DNA of 64,000 bases, taken from assembly GCF_963921235.1 (NCBI RefSeq), contig NC_086097.1:192884001-192948000 (forward strand), written 5' to 3'. The first letter of the stretch is position 1. Each line of letters opens with the position of its first letter. The notes below the pieces were generated by a model. The model did no database searches. It was not told the origin of the DNA and saw only the letters and a program-made list of their open reading frames with translations. Source of the DNA: Mobula hypostoma. Lineage: Eukaryota. Both the position numbers and the translations under genes were made by a program. Shown piece by piece: positions 50,073 through 62,000 of this stretch.

Positions 50073-50499
50073 CATGCCAACAGGGAGTCCTTGTATGTTG
50101 GCAGGGTGTAGGGAGAGACCCTACTGTTATAAGATCCAGGGAGGAGAGACTAGAATCACTCAGGTAGTGGGAATACTGCAAACAATGGTTTATTGTCAAA
50201 ACATTTGAAGAACATATAAGGTAGAGCAAAATGAGCTGCAGATTGCTAACAAAACTGCTGTCTAAAACAGACACACTTATCCAGACCTAATTATTCAGTT
50301 TCTTACACACAGGAAGCTGTTATTCACACAAGCATTTAGTCCATCTACACTCCTACACACTCCTACTGACATTTATTCAAATTAGGATAATGGAAAACTT
50401 ACTTAACGTTCTTCATCTCCTCTATTAAGGCTAGAATAGTGAGGCATGGTTGGAACTGCACTCAGGAGTTGCCATGTACACTATTCTGTTGTCACAGAT

Positions 50500-51318
50500 A
50501 AAGATGGTGCCAGTGAACAATGTGATATCCTGCTGACAGTCCACAAAATTACTACTTCTTTCAAATATAATCGTACTACTAAGCTGCGTGCGATTAGAAG
50601 CTGTGATTTTGATGGTGTGCTTTGAAGCTGAATGAGTGATCTGGTGCTAGTCTACGTTGTGAGGGACCTCAGTGAGGTTTGGAGTGGAGTGTGCGGCCTG
50701 GAGGGCTGCTAGCCTGGAGACGGGCATGAGCTCATGGGTGACTCCATTGCTTTTCCCTGACTGAAGCGTCCAGCAAGGTTGAAGTCAATGAAGATGAGAG
50801 TGGAGGATGGGTGGGTCTTCAGTGCCATCTGCCTGCGTTTCACCTGTCTTCCTCTCCCTCTCGCTAGATGCTGTTGGAGGAAATTGCAGGAGTGTTGGGA
50901 TCTACGCTGCCATGATTATAATTGACAAGGTTGTGGACTCGTTTTGGGGAACTTGGAGATTCCTGTTGCAATAGTTCCTGGATTCTGGTTACTTATTTTT
51001 GTTGTTTTTGAGTGATTTGATCGACGTGAACTGGGAAGCTTCAACAATGAATGGATGGCCCTGCTCTCAGCATTGGCTTATGGCACGGTGCTGAACTAAA
51101 TTGAATATTTCTGGTTCGATGTTTGATATTCTATGTGTTGTTCTCTTGCATTTTGCCAGTTGCACAGTTTGTTCTTTTTTTTTCCATGCACTGGGTGTTT
51201 GATGTTTTCTTGAACTGGTTCCATTGTGTTTCTTTGTTTCGTGGCTGCCTGTGGGAAGACAAATCTCAGGGCTGTATTCTGTATACAGACTTTCATAATA
51301 AATGTACTTGAATCTTTG
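50500..51318 (+). mobile_element. Non-coding retroposon with Rex-Babar-like ends (probably non-autonomous)
   Basis: Starts aagatggtgcc; ends gaagacaaatctcagggctgt...aataaatgtacttgaatc, similar to the Rex 3' ends elsewhere in the window. Confidence 0.5.
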
Positions 51319-51902
51319 AAGCTTTGTATTAATAGGCAGAGGGGCCATAAAGTCCAAAACCGCTTCCCATCTAAAGGAGTCTACTGGCATTTTACACTGC
51401 AGTTCTTGTACTTGTGTTTCTCTCAATGTATCTGCATTTAGTGCTGTCTTGTAGAAGACACTAGAACGAGCAGCCTTGGAGATTGAGGCTGGCCATTGTG
51501 TCCCAGGATCCAGCCCTTCAGCCAGTCCCCGAAAGTGTCCATCAGTGCAGCCTTTCATAGGACCTACAATCAGAGAATTGCCATCTGAAAGGTCTTCTCA
51601 TAATTTGTGGCAATCTGTATTTTAAGAGAAAGGTCTGGGGTATCAGTGGAAGCCCCTTTGTATACATAAGTGTAGTCAATGCTGCCTGCACACAGAGGAA
51701 GCCAACAATGCTGGTAAATCCCAGAGGTCAAGATGCCACCTTATTTTTAATGATATCAACGATGGAATCATTCCTTCACAGATTCAGTGCCTGGGTGACC
51801 ACTCCACTGCAGCACTGAAGAGCAAACACATGGTAGGCTCTGGTGGACTTGAAATGATCCTGTGGTGTGTAAGCTGAGACAATTTATTTACAGGGTTAGG
51901 AA

Positions 51903-52552
51903 ATCATTCATTGTTGTGGATTACAGGAGGAACAGGGACAGGCTCGCCCTGATCAACATCAATGGGACTACAGTTGAGAGGATGAGTAGTTTCAAGTTCC
52001 TCAGTATACACATCACCAAAGATCTCACCTGGACTGTACACACTGGTTGTGCGGCAAAAAAAGCACAACAGTGTCTCTTCCACCTCAGGTGATTGAAGAA
52101 GTTCGGCATGAGTCTCTAAATCCTCAAGACCTTCTACAGGAGCACCACTGAGAGCACCCTGATTGGCTGTGTCGCTACCTGGTCCAGGAACTGCACCAAC
52201 CTTGATCGCTGGGCACTGCAGAGAGTGGTGCAGACAGCCCAGCGCATCTGTGAATGTGAACTTCCCTCCATTGGGGACAGTTACAGCAGCAGGTGCAGAA
52301 AGAAGGCCTGGAAGATCATCAGGGACACCAGTCACTCCAACCATAAACTGTTACAGCTGCTTCCATCTGGCAAAAACTACCACTGCATTAAAGCCAGGAC
52401 CAACAGGCAATGAGACAATTTCTTTCAACAAGCCACTAGGCTTATAAATTTCTCATGGCTATACACTGCAACAGAGTCAAAATACAAAGATTTTTACTCC
52501 CTCACGTTGTGGGAGGGATGTAAGATTTAAATAAATTCAAAGTCAAATTCAA
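51903..52552 (+). mobile_element. Rex-Babar 3' fragment
   Basis: IVVDYRR..INGTTVERMSSFKFL, KKAQQCLFHLR, IIRDTSHSNHKLLQLLPSGK; aataaattcaaa tail. Confidence 0.85.
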
Positions 52553-53859
52553 AAATATTCAGTGAAGGTAGACATGACCTGGGGTAAGGATGTATTGAAC
52601 CTGACATCTGAGTATGACCAACAGATTGTCAGTACTCTGTATTGATTATAGAAATATAAGCACTATGCAGTCCAATTTTTAATTATGTCCCACATGTCCA
52701 CAATAGAGCTTGCTGCAATTAAGAGATAAATGGATCAGAGTAAGGATATCAGAGATTAGATCGTAAAAACGGTGTAACGTAGGCTCCCTCAGTGCAGCTT
52801 CCTGGGATCAAGACTCCAGTGAAATCACCGTCACACAGGAAGATTGAGTAGCAGGTGAAAGGAAGCAGATTCAGCTGGGCCATTTATTAGGTGTTGGTGA
52901 CCTTTACACTGTGAGAAATGGCTTTGGAGAAGCATACATACATCCCTCCATGAGCAACTAATAATCGCAGGTAAAATTAAAAACAGACAGATTAAAACAT
53001 CAATCACCTTACAAAGATGCTTTGATATTAGTGCTGCCATTTTTGAATAATATGCTGGAATCCACACCCTGTGTAAATGTCACTCAACCGATCACGATAT
53101 TATTTGATTATTATCCTCCTTCATTCCTGTCTAAAATAATTTATTCCCACAAATGAGTTGCAAAATTACTTTTCGGACTGCTGAATATTGCACACTTGTT
53201 TGCTTACCAAAAATTAAATATTACACAACTGTTGAATTAACTTTACACTGATTATAAAGGCTGTCCTTGTTCAAACTGCTACTGGATGCCAGTGGTCTGG
53301 TACTCTTACTTCATGAGGGATTTCGGAAGGCTGAATTAGAGCGGGGCAGGATACTAGAAGCCAGAGAAGGAAGAGGGAGAAAGGTTTTTTGCTATTGGTC
53401 ACATACAGAGAGAGTCTCTGGGGAGGAATAATCTAATTCCATTGATGGCTTCAAGCAAAATGGGCCACTAGTTTAAGTTTTAGACAAATGGCTGTAAGGG
53501 ATAAGGGAATGGTATTTTTTCGATTTGCTCCACCTGCTCAATATATAACAGAAATAATTATCTCATAAGGTGAATACTTTATAGTAATAATTTTATTTGT
53601 TCAATTTTGCCAATTCATAGCCTCTGTTCATGATAGAACATGACAGGGATTAGACCAGCATTTGATTCATTTGCCAATAACTGGCTAATTGTATTTAAAT
53701 ATTAGTTAAAAGAGTAGCTCTATGTAGCAGCACAGTCATGTGATTTCAAGAATTATATTCACACTGTATTTCATGTATATTTCATTTTTGTTTGGATATT
53801 GTTAACAAAATAGATGAAAACAATTTAAGAGTGCTGTTTAATTACTTGAACTTGTATCT

Positions 53860-54720
53860 GTGATGTCAGTAGACAAGTGCATGCAGGTTTACTCAAATGA
53901 CATGAAGACTTTTCAAAGGCTGGTCATCTCATTTCTCAAATACGTTACTCAAAACTTGTAGATCTGCTGCAGTTCAACTACGAAGCCAACAGATCTGTAG
54001 ATGATGCAGTTAATATCGGTCTGCATTTCATAGTATGGCACCTCAACTCCCCTGGTACATATGTTAGGATTCTATGCTGATTTCAGTTCAGCCTCCAATA
54101 CAATCATATCTGAGATTCTGCAAAAGAAACTCTCTAAGCTTAATACACCAGGTCTGGTCTGCAGGTAGAACACAAAGTTCCACTCTGAAAGGAGGCAATA
54201 TCTGAGATTAGGCAAGTACCTCTCTACATCCCACTCACACATTACTGATGTGCCATAGGTGTGTGTTCTCTCCCCTCACCTATTTCCTCTATCCACCATC
54301 CACCAATAACTGGATCTCCAGTGATCCATCAGTTAAACTGATAGTTTGCTGCTTATACCACTAACCTCAAAACGCAACAACCCCAAGGATCACTAGGAAG
54401 TAAACAAGCTGGTGTCCTGATGCAATCACAGCAACTTGAGCAGAATGCCCTTAAAACTGTGGAAAAGCATACAGTATTGACTTCAGCAGAAATGTGTTTC
54501 CTTTCCACCCACTCATCATCAACAACTCCACAGTTAGCACCATTTCAATGCTCAGGTTCTTGGGCATCATTATTTTGTAGTGCCTCGTGTGGGAGAACCA
54601 TGTCTGTTTTATTAACAGAAAGGTTTGGCAGAGGATGTACTTCCTGCAGCTCTTGGCAAAATTCCATCTTCCCCAGAACATATTGGTTTATTTCTCCACT
54701 GCCATCATAGAGACTATCTT
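53860..54720 (+). mobile_element. Old Rex-Babar RT fragment
   Basis: gatctgctgcagtt..aacagatctgtagatgatgca, gatttcagttcagcctccaatacaatc, RMYFLQLLAKF. Confidence 0.7.
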
Positions 54721-54721
54721 C

Positions 54722-55006
54722 TTGGGGCCCTCCATTGGTCAGGGTTGTATCCCAGCTGTTTATGTGATATGCAGGTCAGGGCAGTATGATATGAGGAGCA
54801 AGCTATTGCCCAAGTAGCAGACTCCCCCTCTCCATGCAGCTGATGGATCCAAATGAATGACAGAGACCAATACAGTTTGGCACCAGCAGTGTCACAGGAG
54901 TTGCTAGAGTTGCCTTAGGGACTCCTGCTCCAGATTTTCCCTTGGGGTTTATTCCCAAAGCTTTCCCCATGAGAGTAGAGCCATAAAGCAACAGAGGTTT
55001 GAAATC
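54722..55006 (-). mobile_element. Second copy of the repeat at 1161-1675
   Basis: gggcagtatgatatg..agcaagctattgccca..ctccccctctccatgc..atacagtttggcaccag aligns to 1220-1470. Confidence 0.8.
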
Positions 55007-55079
55007 CGAGCAAATCCCCAATACATGTAAATGTATCTAGTGAATAAAGTTGGTCCTCGGGCTCATTTTAAAAATAGTG

Positions 55080-56325
55080 GGATAGAAGCTGTCCCTGAGC
55101 CTGGTGGTACATGCTTTCAGGCATTAATAGAGAGGGGAAGAGAAAATATCCAGGGTGGGTGGGGTCTAGTTATGCTTGCTACTTTACTAAGGCTGTGAGA
55201 AGTATAGACAGAGTCCATAGAGGAGAAGCTGGCTCCTTTGATTGGCTGAGCTCTGTCCACAATTCTGCAACTTTGTGCTGTCACATGCAGCGCAATTGTT
55301 ATATGTTACAAGCCATTATGCATTCAGGCAGCATGCTTTTATTTTTATTTTTTATTTTAAAGATAAAGTGCAGAACAGGCCCTTCTGGCCTACCGAGCTG
55401 CACCGCCAAAAAACCTCCCGATTTAACCCTGGCCTAATCACAGAACAATCTACAATGAACAATTAACCTATTAACTGGTACATCTTTGGACTGTGCAAGG
55501 AAACCAGAGCACGCAGTGCAAACAGACGCACTCATGGGGAGAACGCACAAAATTGAACTCTGACGTTGAAAGTTGTAATAGCACCATGCTAACTACCACA
55601 ATAACATGACACCCCGATGTAGCTTTGATGCAGATGCATCTAAACTCCCATCCTGTAGTATTATGGATAAATGTTATTAAATTATCTCACACACTATTCC
55701 TTATGCAGTGATGTCGCCATCACCTTTTAATAGTATGTGCAAGTCTACTTGTAATTTTATGTTGACGATATGTTGAGGTACCACCACAATTACAACAAAG
55801 TGTACAACAATGTACACTGATCCAATCAATAGTCACTTAAACTACTTATCCACAACTGTAAAATAAGAATAATTTGCAACTTTGTGCACCAACCAATCAA
55901 GCTCCAAGCATAGCTACTGAAACAGCCGTCTATGGTGCATCAATAAAAATTCAGAAGAGTCAACAGGGACAAGGAAACTCCTTGAGCCATCTGGTGAAGT
56001 AGAGGCATTGGTGAACTGTCTCGACTGTGAGATCAATATCGTTGCATCAGGACAGGCTATTTGTGATGTTCACACCTAGGAACTTGAAGCTCTTAGCCTC
56101 AATACTGTTGTTATAGACAGGAGCTTATGCACCACCCCAGGCTCTTTTCCTGACACTGAGGGAAAGGTTGTTGTCGTGCCACCATGCCACTGAGCTCTCT
56201 ATCCCCTTCCTGTACTCTGCTTCATCATTATTTGAGATGTGGCCCACTACAATGACATAATTTGCAGACTTGTAAACGGAGTTAGAGCAGAATATGGACA
56301 TGCAGTCAGAAGGGCATAAAGTCAC
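55080..56325 (-). mobile_element. Rex-Babar fragments with a SINE (about 55340-55610) between them
   Basis: aagctgtccctgagcctggtggtac; ISNNDEAEYRKGIESSVAWWHDNNLSL; SINE aacaggcccttctggcc...ggaaaccagagcac. Confidence 0.65.
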
Positions 56326-57369
56326 TCATTTCAAGGCTGAGAGCAAAAACATTTTGGTTGCTGTGGTCACTAAAGAATATAAATCAGACCTGGTAAGTAG
56401 AGTTGAAACAGGTGGAAGCACAGAATTCACATGCTGACCATATTTCTAACTTCCGAGTCACATTCATCACAGAAGCTAGTAAAGGACATACCATTAGACA
56501 CTACTTACATATGAAAAATATTAGGACACAGTAATTTGTAAATCAAAGTATTAAAAATTTGTAGTTGCACGTTTGCTAGTACTGTGAAATTTTTCAACTT
56601 GAAAAGTGTATTTATCTTTGGGTAAAAGTGGGGAAAAAAAAGTCAGAATCTGAAATGCGTTAAGTATTTCTCAGCAAGTCCTTGGAAACTGTCTCTAAAG
56701 GTAATTATTCCAATTATTTCTTTTACCCCCTGATGGTATATGTTCTTGCCAAGAGCAGAAATGAATAAAAGACTCTTTGGTTTATAAAAAGGTCCTTGAA
56801 ATAAAAAAGAAAGGTCTTCAAAAAATGTTCTTAAATAATAAACATCAAAGTGAACAAAGAGGATAGAAAATGCATTTTCTTGCAAGCATTTTGCTGGCAT
56901 CAACCAGTTCAATCTGACTTAGCTTTGGGAAATAATGTTCTGCATTCTATAAACATCCTTGTGTTCGCAAGACCTTGTTGGACATTGGTAATGTAGTATA
57001 CTGCAAGTGCAGTTCGCCGGTGATGCAGACCGATGGCAGGGTAGCTTCACAGCCATGGTTGTTGCACGGGGTTGCCTGCTGCAGCCGCCCAGGGGAGGAG
57101 ACACTGGTGGTGGTGTGGTGGGCATCCAGGCTGGGTTGAGGTCTGGACCCTGCCATTAGTGCTGCTCTCCAATGTTCGCTCGGTGTAAGATAAGCTGGAT
57201 TGCCTTCATCTGTGGCTCCACTTGCGCTCCAGGACAATCATTTTTATATTCTTCTTATTTCATTTGAATGGCCCTTCAAGCCATGTTATCCCAGCAAACT
57301 CAACTAACCTTAACCTAATTACAGGACAATTTATAATGACAAATTATCCTACAAACTAGGTCCTCGGAT

Positions 57370-57554
57370 CATAAACACAAAATAATCTGCAGATGCTGGG
57401 GTCAAAGCAACACTCACAACACACTGGAGGAACTCAGCAGGTCGGGCAGCATCCATGGAAAAGATTGGTCAGTTCCGGCCCAAAACGTCGACCGATCTTT
57501 TCCACGGATGCTGCCCGACCTGCTGAGTTCCTCCAGCATGTTGTGAGTGTTGCT
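57370..57554. mobile_element. Penelope-derived hairpin insertion within a SINE (57270-57670)
   Basis: 65-bp inverted arms 57406-57470 / 57490-57554; flanking repeat ctaggtcctcggat / ctaggtctttggat. Confidence 0.85.
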
Positions 57555-58348
57555 AGGTCTTTGGATGGTGGGAGGAAACCAAAGCACCCAGGGAAAACCC
57601 ATGCAATCCACGGGAAGGACATACAGAGACTCCTCAGAAAACAGCACAGAACTGACTTCTGAACTCCAGAACTCGACTTGACTGTATTCGTTTGTATGGT
57701 TGAATGACAATTAAACTTGAACTTCATTACCTTCATGTCAAACGCCTATGAAATAACTGCTCTGAAAAATGAGCCAGGCCTCTCTTCCTCTGTTTACATT
57801 TTTAATTTCAAATATAAAATCCATTCATAATGAAATATAGATATACAAAAGGATAAAAAACACAATGCAAAATCTGCCAAGAATTTTCAATTATCTTTAA
57901 CAAAACAAATTGGATAACCTTAATGTATAGGAAGTTTGCAAAGACTATCTTCACCTCAAAGAAATGATGAATGTTAATGGTATTTTCAAAGCCCTTGCCA
58001 TTTGTTTTTGTAAAGGAATAGTTAGTCTCATAGTTGTCACTTATCTCTTGCACTGCAGCTATGATCTACCTGTCACCAGCAAAGAAAACGCACAGCAATT
58101 TCTTTTTGATATAGTGCAGTAGTGTTGCCAAGTGTAATGAAGAAATGGGAGCCTGCTCCATGCATCAGTTATTTTGTGGATGAATGAGCTGTTCACATCA
58201 ATGGTCTTCTGAATATTGTTCAACTGTTCTCTGGTCCTTCAATCATTAGTCAAGTTAAACAGCCCATTTACTCATCAATACCTATGAGCAGTGAAAGCAC
58301 TTGAAATTCTTATGATGATTCCTGTAAACCACCAAACTGCTTAGGATT

Positions 58349-58477
58349 AGAAAGTTGTAAAGCAGGACCTCCAGGGTAGTAACCTCTGGTTTGCAGCCTG
58401 TGCCAGTGAGGATAAGAATAGGATGATTTGCAGATGAATATCTGGCTGAGGAATTGGTGCAGGAAATAGGGTTTCAG
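58349..58477 (+). repeat. Orphan CR1 ORF1 internal fragment
   Basis: Closely matches 59912-60041. Confidence 0.75.
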
Positions 58478-59029
58478 CCATTAATGTTTTTAACAACCGC
58501 ATGTCAGCCACATTGTTCAAAGGTTGAGTTCTGTGCCAAACTACTGGCATTTCTCCAAGCAATTACCAGCAAGTTTGAAATATGACCATAAAGGCACAGA
58601 GCTTGCTGGTTGGTCTCATATTGGAGTTGTGATAAAATCTAGTGGCGAAGCAAAAATATGTCAGGAATTTCCATATTGTACTGTTGAAGTAACCCAGTTT
58701 CTCGCTCCATAAATGCGGTCTGATCTGTAAAATATATTCAGCATTTTCTCTTTTGATTCCCAACAACGCGCTGGAATCTGACTTTGAATCTGCACAAGGG
58801 CAGGTCCAAGCTAGAATTGTGACCAGCTTGAATGGAGAGGAATTATTGGGAATTGTAAGAACAACTATAACATTGAGTTTTTATTTTTATATGTTATTTT
58901 ATTATATTAAATAACATATATATAACATAACTTGTATAACATAAATTTTTATAACATAATTTTCATCGAGCTGGAAACAGCACGAGACACTGTTTGTTGG
59001 TGATGCAGCACAAAGTTTAAAAAGAGTTC

Positions 59030-62000
59030 GGGAGCTTTCAGCTTTCTTTTTGTGGCTGAAATCAGTGTGAAGCCAATAAAAAAGAAAGGAGGTGTAAGCA
59101 GAGTGACTATTGTAGGGGTGGGCTAGTGTTAGAATGGTCAGCTTTGGCTCAACAGGCTTGGGCAAACAAGTGGAGGTTCTAAATAAGTAAATAAGAAATT
59201 TGCTAGTATTTTTTTTCTGTTAGTCCATAGTGAGTGCACTGAGAATGAACCTGGAGGTAGTGGTATATTCCTTGTGTGAGATGTGGGGAATCTGGAAAAC
59301 CTCCAGACTCCTTGATAACTACATCTGTACAAAGTGCATTGAGCTGTAGCTCCTTAGAGACTGTGTTAAGAAACTGGAGCGGCAGCTGGACAAACGTTGG
59401 CCCATACGGGAAAATGAGGAAGTGATAGATAGAAGCTCCAAGGACATAGACACCCCTAGACTGCAAGAGGCAGGTACCTGGGTGCCTGTCAGTAGAGGGA
59501 AGGTGAATAGGCAGCCGGTACAGAGTAACACTGTGACTGTTCCCTTCAATAATTAATCTGCCGCTTTCGATACTGCTGGAGGAGGTGACCGACCACATTG
59601 AGCAGGTGAGAAGCCGCAGTGAGCAGGTCTCTGGCACTGAGTCTGACTCTGTGGTTCACATCGGAAGTAGGGAGAAGACGAATGCAGTAAGGATAGAGGA
59701 TTCCATAATTAGACGAGCAGAAAGCAGATTCTATGGATGTGAAAGAGACACCCAGATCGCATGGTGCCTCCCAGGTGCCAGGATCTTGGATCGGGTCCAT
59801 TGCATTTTAAAGAAGCACAGAGAACAGCCAGAAGTTGTGGAACATATTGGTACCAACGATATAGTTAGGAAAAGGGAGGAGGCCCTGAAGGGAGAATATA
59901 GGGAGTTAGGCAGAAAATTGAAAAGCAGGACCGCCAGGGTAGTAACCTCTGGTTTGCAGCCTGTGTCTTGTACCAATGAGGATAGGATGATTTGCAGATG
60001 AATGTCTGGCTGAGGAATCGGTGCAGGGAACAGGGTTTCAGATTTCTGAGTCATTGGGATCTCTTCTGGGTTACTCCTGAACCTAAAGGGGAGCAATATC
60101 CTTACAGGCAGGATTGATAGAGGGGTTGGGGAGGCCTTAAACTAAATTGGCAGGGGGATGGGAACCAGAGTGATAGAGCTAAGGATGGAGCAGTTGGTGT
60201 ACAACAAGATACAGTGTGCAGTGAGACTATCAGGCAGGACAGGCAGATGATAGGGGAAAGTTGCAGTCAAAGGGGTGAGTTAAAGTGTAAAGGGGGCCAA
60301 AGCTAAAAAGGGTGGTGAATACAGGATTAAAGCTATAAAACTTGAATGCACACAGTACGTGGAATAAGGGAGATGATCTTGTACCTCAGTTAGAGATTGC
60401 CAGGTATGATGTTGTGGGCATCTCCGAGTCGTGGCTGAAAGAAGATCACAGTTGGAAGCTTGGTACGTCAAGTTGTAGATAGCAACAAAAGTAATTCTAA
60501 TTTAAAACAGGAAATTAAGAAATTGCAAAGTGAAATTGATGATATTTATACATTGGAAACTCAAAGAAATTTTCTTTACCTGAGACAAAAGAATTATGAA
60601 GTAGGAGGTAAATCAGCTAGATTATTAGCATATAAATTACGAAAACAACAAGTAGACAATACAATTCATAAAATAAAGAATCCAAAGACAAAGTTTGTGG
60701 AGAGTACAATAGGGAACATTCAAGAAAGTTTTGAAATATATTATCGAGAGCTGTACTCCCAACCCCGGGCTTCCAATGAGCCCTATATGGACACTTTATT
60801 GAATTCTTTCGATCAACCCGAGTTTACAGATTTACAAAATGAATGCCTATTAGAACCAGTAACTGTCAAAGAACTGAATGTGACCATCTCTAGATTAAAG
60901 GCTGGAAAGACTCCAGGTTCTGATGGGTTTACCTCAGAGTGGTACAAATCGCTGAAGTCACAGTTAGCCCCATTACTACTTAACACCTTTAATTGGATCT
61001 TGCAGAGAGGAGAAACTCCACCTTCCTGGAGAGAAGCGATTATTTCAGTTATTCCTAAAGAGGGTAAAGATAAACTAGAATGTGGTAATTATCAGCCAGT
61101 TAGCGTTCTTAATTTAGATTACAAATTATTTACATCTATATTGGCGTGCAGATTGGAAAAGCTTTTACCTGGCCTAATCCACTTAGACCAGACTGGATTT
61201 ATTCAACAAAGACAAACACAGGACAACATAAGGAGAACTCTACACGTACTAGAACAGGTTACTAAGAACGGGACAGAGACAATGGTGCATTCCTATACAG
61301 AGTGTAAGGAAGATTCGGCTTTCAAGAAAGGTTTATTAAGGTAATCCAGACTTTATATGACAGCCCTACAATTTGAATTAAGATAAATGGGGACCTCTCT
61401 GACTCCTTCATTTTAGAGAGAGGCACTAGACAGGGATGCCCAATTTCTCCTCTCCTTTTTGCGCTATACATTGAACCGCTTGCCCAACTAATAAGACAGA
61501 GCGAAATTGTAAAAGGTATCAAGGTGGCAGGGATTGAACAGAAAGTGGCGTTATTCACAGATGATGTTTTAGTCTATCTGAGTGAACCAGAAAAATCATT
61601 TATAGGACTGTTTACACTGTTGGATGGCTTTAGGAAAATATCAGGTTATAAAATAAATGTAAAGAAAACACAGGTTATGTCCCTAAATTATACACCATCC
61701 CAAAAACTGCAGGATACATATGATCTTAAGTGGGAAGCTAAATCATTAAATTATTTAGGAATAACCCTGCTGAAGGATCCTTCAACGCTGTCACAGGTAA
61801 ATTATGGGCCATTAATTTCAGAGATAAAAGCAGATATGCATAGATGGAATCTTATCCCCTTTTTAAGATTAAATTCAAGAATAAATACCATAAAAATGAA
61901 TATTCTCCCTCGGTTACTCTATCTTTTCCAGACTTTACCTGTGGAGGTGGATGATAATCAATTCAGGGAATGGGACAAATGGATTTCCTGCTTTATCTGG

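Noticed and set aside
58900..58962. ataacata repeated four times
   Set aside because: AT-rich low-complexity sequence with irregular spacing.
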